Below, one piece after another: positions 53,540-64,000 of a stretch of 64,000 bases of DNA. The position numbers and the translations under genes are program-made. The notes beneath the pieces are model-generated. The model was not told the DNA's origin. It worked only from the letters and a program-made list of their open reading frames with translations, and made no database searches. Positions within the stretch are counted from its first letter, which is position 1. Each line of letters opens with the position of its first letter. Source of the stretch: Rhizophagus irregularis (lineage: Eukaryota); NCBI RefSeq assembly GCF_026210795.1, contig NC_089436.1, positions 2,542,001 to 2,606,000 on the forward strand, given 5' to 3'.

Positions 53540-54004
53540 TCCAGAATTTATCCAGAATTTTTTCATGTCCGGAATTTGTTCAATTCAAATTATCTGAATT
53601 TTTATTATGTCCAGAATTTGTCCAGGTTTATACAGTCAACCCTTGTTATAACAAACCCTAGGTTCTAGACCTCAACTTCGCTATAGGGCTATAGTGAAGA
53701 TTTTAAGAGATTTGATTGGTTAATTCGTTATAACAAGGGGAAATTTATTATAGTTGTCTGAAAAATTCACTATATCAAGGGTTCGTTATATCAAGGTTTG
53801 ACTGTATGTCCAGAATTTGTCCAAAATTTTATACTGAACAAATTCTGGATAAATTCTGGACAAATTCCAGATATGTCAAAATTTTAAGTAACATTTGTAG
53901 CAAAAAATAGACATTTTCTGGACAATTTCTGGACAAGCCAGATTTATTCTGGACAGTTTCCGGATATTTTCATAGACATTTTCTGGACATTTATTTTTAT
54001 AGGG
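53540..54004. mobile_element. Degenerate TCCAGAA/TCTGGA-repeat MITE (right end ...TTTTTATAGGG), same family as 59760-60024
   Basis: TGTCCAGAATT / TTCTGGACA repeats in opposing orientation; the terminus matches 60024; left TIR not found. Confidence 0.55.
53633..53804. mobile_element. Tc1/pogo-like MITE nested in the previous element
   Basis: TA|CAGTCAACCCTTG...CAAGGTTTGACTG|TA. Confidence 0.8.
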
Positions 54005-54675
54005 CAATATTTGCACCTATAATACAGGTTTTTACTTGTAAATAATTCAAGCTAATTATAATATTTACTTATTAAAATTAAAAGGTTATTACTTATAAAA
54101 GTTGGCCAATAATAATTTGATTTGTATAAAGATCTATTTATTAAAATTTGATATAAAATTAGAGTCATACCCTAGGGCCGGTGACCGGCCCTTTCTAAGA
54201 GTATGATATATACCATAAATTTTAACACTTATTTGCAGAAACAAAAGTATTGATAAGATATAATTTAATTTTGTTTGAAATAAATAAATAATTTATTTTA
54301 TTTTTTTTTTCATCTAAAATATTTTAATTTGTTTTTTACGCTTTGATTTAATAATCTTGTAATTGGCCTTAAAAGAAGAATTTATAAAAAACAATTTTTT
54401 TAAAAAAATTCTTTTCATTTCTAACTAAAATAAATAATTCAATAAAATTTATTTAACATGATTAAAAACTTAATATTGTAGGATATTTCAAATCAAATTT
54501 GGACGATTCTATGTCCACATATGTTTTTAATAAATCAATTCATGTAATATATATTTTAATAAGTAAATTCATACTAAATTCATATAATGTTTTTAATAAT
54601 TAGTAAGTTTGTATTATGTTTTTTAATTATAATTTTTTACCTAATAAATATTTTTTTAATAAATAAATTCATAAT

Positions 54676-56529
54676 GGTGTAGTTAGCCGAAAAATTCAGC
54701 CGAAGGCGCAGTAAATTTTCGGCTAACAACACCCAGCCGAAAAAAATTCATGTTGATCTTGAATATTTTTTGAATATTTTATTGGTTCAACATCTACTAT
54801 TTTCGGCTAGATATTTACGGCTAACTACATTATTATTTTAAAAAAGTGTAGTTAGCCGTAAATATCAAATGCAATACAATAATTTAAGTGGTAACAGGTA
54901 ATGAAAATCCTGATTGTTCATATTATAATATTTACCATTATTATTTAACGGTAAATATTATGTAATTATTACAATAATAATAATTATATACTTTTCTTGA
55001 TAATATTAATTTATGTAATACAGAATCGTTAATTATTAAATGGTATTGTTTGGTGTAAAATTGTTTCTTTAAAATATTTAATTTTAATATTTGCTTGTAA
55101 ATAATTTTTAAATTCTTGGAAAATATTCAATAAAATGGATTTAAATATAATCAAAGATAATTTTTTTTTAATAAACTTTTTTTCTTTGTTATAAAATTTG
55201 CTAAATTTACTGAAATACTTCACTTAATTATGGATTCTATTTAAACAACTTTTAATTAAAACTAGAAAATTCCTTGCCAAATTACCAAGTTTAAGTGAAA
55301 TAATGTCTTATGGACAAAAGCATAAAAAAATTCAAATTTTATCTTGTGATCTTTCATATGTAGATGTTTGTATATCTGAGGGTATAGTTATAGATGAAGG
55401 TGCATGTTTATTATTACCAGATGAATTTAATGGTTATATATATGCTGATACAACTGCTGATGGAAATTGCTTATATAATGCAGTATCCTATTTTTTTATT
55501 CACAAAAACTCTTTATCAACACAACTTCGTCTATTTACAACATTAGAGTTGATGGCATATGCTGATGAATATCTTGTCTTAGAAGTCTTTGAAAAAGATT
55601 ATTCGTATTTAGATAGAGCATTTTTAAAAGCAAATAATAAGAAATATTAGCAAATAGAATATAGAAATATTGCACCATTTGTTGCTGAGATTATGGAAAT
55701 GTGTCGTATAGGAGCATGGAGTCCATTAGGTGCTCTATATGGTTTAGCCTCAGTTAAATATTAGATCACGAAAATATGTAAAAAGCTCTCAGCCAAATAA
55801 AAAACAAAGGTTAAACAAAATTAAAGATGATGATCCCATTGAACAATGGAAAGAAACAAAAGTATCACTAGAGGATCAAATAATAGCAAATGGATTTGTT
55901 GAAGCATTTCAAAAGTGTAAAATTCTTTTAAAGGTATTACACAACAAATTGCTGCTGATGAAATTTGTGAATTAGCTAAATCACAAATTGGATTTGGACA
56001 ATCAGCTGTTTCTAAAATTGTTAAAAGATCTGAATTATCTGCTAATGCATTGATGAGAAATGCTATTAAATTATGGATTGAGAAACAAACTGAAAGTAAG
56101 GCATTTGTGGTATGATTAAATTGAATAATAATATAATTAAAATAAATTTTGTTTGAACATTTATTATAGCTTAATAAAATATAAATGATTATAAAATTTT
56201 ATATATTTTATAATTAAATAAGTTAAATATATTAAATATATATAAAATCATCACATTTTGATGTTGCCTCCTTGTCTTGCTGGTTCGCTTTGATCTCCTG
56301 GAATATTATATATTGGCGTTTCTTGCGCCTCTGGTTGGATATTTTTGGCTAACTACACTATTATTTAAAAAAAGTGTAGTTAGATGAAAATATTCAGCCG
56401 AAAATAGTAGATGTTGAATCAATAAAACATTCAATAAAATATTCTAGATCAACATGAATTTTTTTCAGCTGGGTGTTGTTAGCCGAAAATTTACTGCGCC
56501 TTCAGCTGAATTTTTCGGCTAACTACACC
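54676..56529. mobile_element. Long-TIR (~190 bp) element, Mutator-like, carrying a decayed OTU/vertnin-like ORF
   Basis: GGTGTAGTTAGCCGAAAAATTCAGC... (54676-~54866) is inverted at ~56339-56529; no clean TSD. Confidence 0.8.
55230..56115 (+). pseudogene. OTU-like (vertnin-type) cysteine protease remnant
   Basis: TTADGNCLYNAVS...LRL.T.LEL; in-frame TAG at 55648-55650, then ...EMCRIGAWSPLGALYGLASV; further breaks downstream. Confidence 0.6.
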
Positions 56530-56857
56530 ATTATAATAAATTCGGATATATAATTTTTCTTAATAAATCAATTCATGTAATATATATTTTAATAATTAAA
56601 TTTGTATAATGTTTTTTAATAATTACTAAATTTGTATAATGCCTTTTTTTAATAAATAAACTCATATAATGTTTTTTAATAAATAAATTTAATAAATTTG
56701 GGTATATATTTTTTTTTTAATAAATTCGGGTATATATATTATTTTTAATAAAATTCAGATATATATTTTTTTAATAAAATTCGGATGTATTTTTTTTTAA
56801 TAAAATAAAATTCAGATATATATATATTTTTGGATATATATATTTTTTAGAGTGAAT

Positions 56858-57008
56858 TTATTTACCGCACCCTGCGTTACAACGCATCCTTCCTTTTTTG
56901 TAAATTGTTTATATCGATCTTTAGTTTATACACCGCACCCCCCCTTAAAATGGCAAATGATAAACATACAAATATATATAAATTTGTAACGCAGGGTGCG
57001 GTAAATAC
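56858..57008. mobile_element. Small MITE
   Basis: TATTTACCGCACCCTGCGTTACAA / TTGTAACGCAGGGTGCGGTAAATA. Confidence 0.75.
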
Positions 57009-57377
57009 ATTATTTCTATTTTTTATATAATTTGAATATATGTATATTTTAATAAAATTCAGACATATTTTTTTTTTTATATTTGATAATCATTTAAAGA
57101 ATGTTATTCGCTTTATATATTTAATTTCCTTCAATTCCTATTATAATTAATCACAAAAATTAGCCTCCTGAACAATGTATACGAATAATAAATATTTCCT
57201 TGATGTTAATATGTAGTTAGCTCCCAGATTTTTGGCCAGCCAATTGACAATTCATAATTCCTTAATGTCAATATATGGTTAGCTCATGATTTTTAATCAA
57301 CCAATTCAGATCATGCTGCAGATCATGATCAATTTTTTTTTTTTTATATAAACGACCATTGTTCGTAATATTGAAAC

Positions 57378-57452
57378 TCAATATCAACTCAATATCAATA
57401 TCAATTCAATATCAATATCAATACAATATCAATATCAATATCAATATCAATA
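57378..57452. repeat. (ATATCA)n microsatellite
   Basis: Directly visible imperfect hexamer run. Confidence 0.8.
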
Positions 57453-58333
57453 ATATAAAAACGTACCCTATACTTAGCGCATAAGAGCTAACTAAATTAG
57501 TAAAATTTTCCTTCCTTTCCAGGATAGCATGATTAGCATAACAACCAATTACAAGGACTATCACTATTAAAATGAAGATCACCTGATATCATTAATTATA
57601 TAGCGTGATCTGTATATGGTTTCAATAAGATTTCCAGTAAAATTTAGTAACATGAAATTTTTTAATGAAATAACAAACTTTATTAAAATTTTTTCTTTTG
57701 CCTATTTAGCTTATTAATAACAAAAAATAATAAGCATTATAAAGAAAATATATATCTTAATTACATATATATATGGGCTTAAAATACCATTTATTACTAA
57801 AGAGTTTTGAGATTACTTTTTAAAATGGGAAATATCTTTTTTGACTTCACAAATTTGTAGCACATTGTAAAAGTGTGTATTATCGAAATATTAAGCAATA
57901 AATTGTAAAAATTTAAATACGAAAAGCAAAGATTTTTTCGTATGTTTATTTTCAAAAACGGAAAAGAGCGGAAAATTACTAATTAATCCATTAAAGCATC
58001 TGATTGCTACAATACTCGGACAGAGCATTATTATACTCAGTACATTATTTACTCATTTATGAAATTAGTACTTTGATACAGTCATATATAGCTTTTTCAA
58101 ACTTAGTTTTTAAATTCTATTTAAACTACAATAATTTTTGCAATATTAAAATATTTAACAACTGAATAATTTAAGATTTAATCGAAATGATATGTGGGAT
58201 TACATATTTACATATTCATCATCATTATATGTATAATTACTAGTCATCTTTACATATTTTTAATTACATTTGATATTGTAATAATATGAGGTGAATTTTC
58301 TTTTGATTATTCAAAATTATGTCATTCTTAATA

Positions 58334-58832
58334 CAGTCGGAACTCGATGTATCGATATTCTATATACCGATAATTGCCTGTACTGATAAATTTTTATTGT
58401 TCCATTTCACAATTAATAAAAAAACCTTATTGTACCGATATTATATATAATTTCGTGATGTAACATGTACCGATACTCACCCCTTGTCCCTTTATAGTAG
58501 TCTATAGTACGGTATACCGATATTTCAGGTTATACTGATTTAATTCAAGTCAGCACTATAAACTTGGCCTGAATTAACAAGAGGGTTTCCATCATTCCAT
58601 CCAAATAATTAGATTTTTTAGCTCTTGTTTCAACACAAAATGTGAACAACTTTTGTTTCATGAATGTATGTTAACGAGAAGCTATAATTTAATCTTTAAA
58701 TAAACTCAGAGTTTGCATAATGCCACCAAGAATTAGACTTTGGCCTGCATTATGATTCACTATATAATGATAATTTGATGTAATGATATATTTTACCCAA
58801 ACCAACAGCATCAGTATATCGAGGTCCGACTG
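58334..58832. mobile_element. pogo/Tc1-like non-autonomous element
   Basis: TA|CAGTCGGAACTCGAT...ATCGAGGTCCGACTG|TA. Confidence 0.75.
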
Positions 58833-59759
58833 TACATAAATTATGTGATTTCTGAATTTTTAGGATCAAGCATATTATTCTATAGCTTATAAGAGTATTA
58901 ATTGATACCATTTTTGATGTAAAGAATTTCAGTTTCAAATTTTAACTTCTGATGAGTTGAGAGGATGTAATATCAAATCATGTAATAGTTAAAAAGAACT
59001 TTAGAACTTTTAATGATTTTATTCAATAACTAACAAATAGTATTGTAGGGGTTAATATCTCAATATTCTTTGTGAAACAATACAATAATCTTTGAGTATA
59101 ATTATTATTAATTTATTATAAAGTGAAAAGATTATAATTAAATCACAGAATTTTTAAAGTGGAAGTTTAAAATAATAATTCCTTTATTGTATAATGTACA
59201 CTTTGGTATTTAAAATTTATTTGACAACCAATAAAAGTTTAAACAAAAATTCATCTTTTAAAATTCTATGCAACGAACTGAAGTTATAAAGTGTTTAAAA
59301 GTATTGACGTAATAATAAGAAACTTGCTTATAGCACATGAAATAAATGGATAATACACTATAGATGTAAAATTAGACAATACAACATTACATAAAGGTAT
59401 GGAGAAACATTAATAGAAGACTTTATTGTGGCATCAGCTGCCAATCAACAGTCATTACTAGTTAAATTAATTTTGTCTTCACATATTATAACAAAAATGA
59501 TACGTTCTCCTGATATAAAAGACTATATTCTTGGAATTTATAGCTCAAATAGTAAGAATATTTTAGAATTTCTTTTTAATAGTACTTAACACTACTATTA
59601 TTAATAGGTATTGATCATCAAGACTCGTATAAATCATTTAAAATGATTACGTCCTTAATATTGTTGTAATTAGGGATGGTAACGGTCAGTCATGGTCGGT
59701 CATCGGTCGGTCATAACCGGTTATAAACCTTTGACCGACTGACCGTTTTGACCAACCAT

Positions 59760-60024
59760 CCCTATAAAAAAAAAATGTCCAGAAATTGTAGCTAAAAACA
59801 TCCGGAAAATGTCTGTGTGTCCGGAAAATGTTCAGAAAATTGCAATATTCCAGACACTTTCTGGACGCTGGGTCTGAACCCTCCTAGACATTTTCTGGAC
59901 ATTTTCTGGAAAATGGAAATTTTCCAACGTCCGGAATATTGCAATATTCCAGACATATTCCAGACAAATATACATTTTCTGGACGTTTTTAGCTACAATT
60001 TCCGGACATTCTTTTTTTATAGGG
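59760..60024. mobile_element. Nested MITE with CCCTATA termini and 3-bp TSD (CMC-like)
   Basis: CCCTATAAAAAAA..TGTCCAGAAATTGTAGCTAAAAAC / GTTTTTAGCTACAATTTCCGGACA..TTTTATAGGG; CAT on both flanks. Confidence 0.85.
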
Positions 60025-60166
60025 CATTTTGGCCGACCATCTGACCAACCGCCTAACCAACCGCTTAACTGATTATTTTTGCTAGAAAATGATCATCTAT
60101 TAAGTACTTTTTTTTAAAAAAAATCAAAATTTAAATGCATTGTACTAATAAGATAATTTTTTTTTA

Positions 60167-60614
60167 CAGCTGATTTCATAATATGTGGGACACTTAGCAA
60201 ATTTTAAAGAACTCAGAAGTATTCAGTAAAGCTTGATATAAAATAAAAATTATACGCTAATTTTGGAGTACTATTCCGAGAATGGTGGTATCATTTTATC
60301 TTATTTTGAACTTTTACCAAATATTTCTGAGTTCTTTAAATTTTGCCAAGTGTCCCGTACATTATGAAATCAGCTGTAACTGGTAATTTTAATCAAAATG
60401 ATTACAGCTGATTTCATAATGTACGGGACACTTGGCAAAATTTAAAGAACTCAGAAATATTTGGTAAAAGTTCAAAATAAGATAAAATGATACCACCATT
60501 CTCGGAATAGTACTCCAAAATTAGCGTATAATTTTTATTTTATATCAAGCTTTGCCAAATACTTCCGAGTTCTTTAAGATTTGCCAAGTATCCTGCACAT
60601 TATGAAATCAGCTG
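60167..60614. mobile_element. Two 210-bp TA-flanked MITE copies in inverted orientation (60167-60376, 60405-60614)
   Basis: Each reads TA|CAGCTGATTTCATAAT...ATTATGAAATCAGCTG|TA; the two interiors are reverse complements of each other. Confidence 0.85.
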
Positions 60615-60717
60615 TAAACGGTCAGTTAAACGGTCAGTCATACCGATCGGTCATGGTCATGACCAGTCATGACCGGTTAATAACCGTGACCGTTGCCATC
60701 CCTAGTTGTAATTATTA

Positions 60718-61469
60718 CAGCCGATTTCATAATGTATGGGACACATGACAAATTTGATGCCAAGAATTTTGTCAGTTGCCGGGTTGTCAGTTGCCGGGTT
60801 GTCAGTTGTCAGCAATTAAATAAGCATGTGATATCTATTACTTTTAACAGATGACACATTATCTTCCAAATTGATCAAATTTGTAATTTTTGCAGTTTCA
60901 TTTTGAGTAAGCTGTTTGTCTTTAATGGCTTTATTGAATATATAGATTTTAAATAAATTGAGTAATAATTTTTTCCGTGATATCTGTTCATACAATTTTT
61001 GCATATATTAACATTACTTGGGGTTGGTGAAAGTTTGATATGTGGAGAAGCATTGGCAAAAAACCAGTTGAGAAATTCTATTTCCAATGCAACCTTTTGT
61101 TTTGTGGCACCTTTTTGTGTAAGTGGCTTATGGCAAAAATCTACAGTATAGTCACGTTCAATTTTTTTCTTCTTCCATTCAATTTCTCTTGACTGGCAAG
61201 TACAGTTTTGGCCATATAGATTTTTACAATCTAAGCAAATAAGACAAATGGAGCAAATTTTCAATCGAAATGTCAAAGGATGAGTCATTATTGATGCTCT
61301 AAAAATTATTGATATTGATAAAATAAAGTTAATATACTATTATTACCATATATAATTATTATAGTTATATAAAAAAAGCTTATTTTATAATGTGCACGTA
61401 CACCGACAACCCGACAAAAATTCTCGGCATCAAATTTGTCATGTGTCCCGTACATTATGAAATCAGCTG
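60718..61469 (-). mobile_element. Longer member of the CAGCTGATTTCATAAT family with a truncated Cys-rich ORF (61288 to ~60816)
   Basis: ~43-bp TIR CAGCCGATTTCATAATGTATGGGACACATGACAAATTTGATGCC, TA flanks; internal CSICLICLDC..CTC..CKNC ORF with a frameshift. Confidence 0.75.
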
Positions 61470-62511
61470 TAAATTGGTGATTTTTTGAGTTGAATTAAGA
61501 GAAGCTTATTCTGTTTTAAGATCATTATTGACGTATAGGACCCAGAAATATATAAATAGGTAGGGTAGGGTACGTAAATGCGTCACCATCATAGTGGAGT
61601 TAAGCGGAATAAGGTTTTGATTTGCGTACAAGATTTTTTCGTCCATAGTTAGGTCATCAGATTGCGTATTTTATATCAGCGTACAGCCCATAGTAGCCAT
61701 CTGATATATTTTTTGGTCCTGACAACTTTCCATGTTGAGAATCTATTTTTAGAGTATTGATTATTACTTGAATTTTTTGTGTTAAAACTCCTGATGAGTT
61801 GAGGATGAATACTTTGAGCATCTCACTCAGAATATAACTAAGATAATCTCATAAAAATGAAATACAGAAAATCGCTTTAAATTTGTTACAGTTCCAGGGT
61901 AAGTAAAATAAAAATTACTTTATATCGTGTATAGTAAATAAAAAGTGCAGCATTCCGTGCATCTTATATTTTCCATTATTAATAATTTACTCGAAAATGT
62001 GAAAAAAGTAGTAAAAGTGAAAATTTTATTACATAATTTCAACTACACTTTTTGTTAAACTTCTTTATATAGGGAGACGACTGGTTTAAGCATATAAAAT
62101 ATAAAAGTTAAGCTGAAAAAAAGAAAAAAGCAACGGAAGTTGCATTAGGTCCTAAATTACAAAATAAAATTTCTACGATATAGTATTTAATAATTATTTA
62201 AATTTAATGCTTTGGGATCTTTCAAATATAGCGATAACTATTTTGTAAAAATTTTAGTCTATATTCACTTTCGAATATTTATCTTAGTTTACATTATAAT
62301 TTGTAAAAAAAAAAATATTATACTGTATTTTGTTTTTATTTGTTTAATTAAATATTGTATAAATTCATGATTTATATATGTGTGTATATATATGATAAAC
62401 TATTAGGAAGAAGTATCGTAATAAATAATAAATAAATAATATTTGATTTTTATATAATTATTTTATGCTAAATCTAAACTTTTATTTACGAATATGCTAA
62501 GAGCCTAAGAC

Positions 62512-64000
62512 TTAATCATAGACACCTACTCCCAATTTCTTTAATAAATTGATTGCTTTAATATTATCTTGTAAAGCAGCTTTTCTTAACCATTTAATTC
62601 CTTCAACTTCATCTTTTGGAGTATTACATTTTCCTTTATAATATATATCACCCAAATTAAATTGTGCAGTGGGATTATTTCCTTCATTAGCAGCTTTTTT
62701 AATGTATTCCATAAATATTTTTTGATTTTCTTCTTTATCAAGAAATTGTTTAAAAGTAAAAGCATAACGTAATTGAGCATCAGAATTTCCTTCATCAGCT
62801 GCTTCTTTAAGTAATTTTTTACCTTCTTCTTCACGTCCTTTAATATCATTAAGAAGTCCATCCCATAAATAACGACCTTTCCAATATTTTGCTGTCGTAT
62901 TCTTATTTTCTGCATGAAATTCAAAACATTCCCACGCTTTTTCATGTTCTTTATTTTCAAAAGCTCTTATTCCTTCTTCTAATGTAATTACCGGTTTTAT
63001 AATAACAGGACTAATTTCCTCATCTGGTAATTCTAAATCATCAATACCATCTTTTGATCCATCTAAATCCAAGGTTTTATCAGGGAGTAAACCTAGTGAA
63101 TTATCTTCAAACATATAACTAATAGAAGTATATAATTCTTCTAACAAATCTAATAATTTCATAAAAGGAATACGTTCATGCGGATTTTGCTTCCAAGCTA
63201 TAAATATAAAATCGATAATTAAAATACAATACATCGTAATGTTTGTCTAAAAATAATAATAATAATAATAATAATAATTTTTACTTACTGTCACTTATAA
63301 TATTTTTATATTCATTTTGATAATTTTCAGGAATTGAAGACCCAAATGTAATTTTTTCTCTACCACTTTTAGTAACATGATCCACAATTCTTTCTATTTC
63401 CCAACCCTGATATGGAACTTTTTCAAATGTAAGTTCCCAAAGTAACATACCAAAACTAAAAATTTCGCATTGTGTTGTATAAGGTTTATTGTTTAATTTT
63501 TCGGGAGCCATCCAACGTAATATATCTCCTATCGTTTGATCCATAGTAGTAGTTTTCCAATCAAAAGAACGTGCTAACTCAAAATTATAAATTTTAGGTT
63601 CTAAACTTTCTGTCATTAAAATATTTTCACATCTCAAATCATGATGTAAAATGTCAACATGTTGTAAGAATATAAGGCCACGACAAATTTCAAGAGCAAT
63701 TCGAACTTTATAATGCCATTTGATATCTTTAACTTCATAAAGTTCTTTCAAAGTTCCACGATCAGCCCACTCAAAAATCATAACATTACGTTTTTCAATT
63801 GATGAAATACCATAAAATTTAAGAATACGTTTACATCCAACAGATAATTTCATTAAAATTTCAAGAAGTCTTTGTGTCTTTTGACTCGGTTCAATTTCAT
63901 CCTCAGTAAATTTACAAGCTACATCTTGTCCTTGATAAATTTTCTTAATAATATATTTAGGTTCTTTACCACGTTTATCATCAGGTTTTCCTCGTATAGG
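62512..64000 (-). CDS. A4: pseudokinase + Sel1 paralogue of A1-A3, 5' part outside the window
   Basis: complement(63289->64000, 62512-63197); VACK, HHDLRCEN, YNFE, APE; same intron and same Sel1 tail. Confidence 0.8.

Larger units (their letters stand above)
59671..60704. mobile_element. hAT-type MITE (related to 26000-26460) containing three nested elements
   Basis: TIR TAGGGATGGTAACGGTCA / TGACCGTTGCCATCCCTA; 8-bp TSD GTTGTAAT. Confidence 0.9.

Noticed and set aside
61558..61572. TAGGGTAGGG telomere-like motif
   Set aside because: Only about two units, within a MITE half-copy.

Overview
Very AT-rich eukaryotic DNA with short GT-AG introns, TKL-type kinase and Sel1-repeat genes and many DNA transposons. 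This pattern is typical of an arbuscular mycorrhizal fungus (Glomeromycotina, Rhizophagus-like); the taxon is inferred from sequence character only. The left ~17 kb is transposon-derived: a CMC/CACTA-Plavaka-like transposase gene, a divergent companion gene, a small spliced ORF, a broken hAT and nested MITEs. From 18 kb on lies a cluster that looks like an innate-immune/cell-death locus. (A) Four paralogues (A1-A4) encode MLKL-like N-terminal helical domain + pseudokinase (HHD, NFE/KFA for DFG) + Sel1 repeats; A4 is cut by the window edge. (B) Two 9-exon tandem-kinase genes (degenerate kinase + intact non-RD kinase) each sit head-to-head ~0.8 kb from an A gene. (C) One chimeric gene fuses a B-type kinase directly to the A-type pseudokinase. 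(D) One gene splices ~16 near-identical Sel1 repeats to a trypsin-like (NAL1/Ssy5-like) serine protease. All gene models were built by hand from splice sites and reading-frame continuity. Domain calls come from motif recognition, not database searches.
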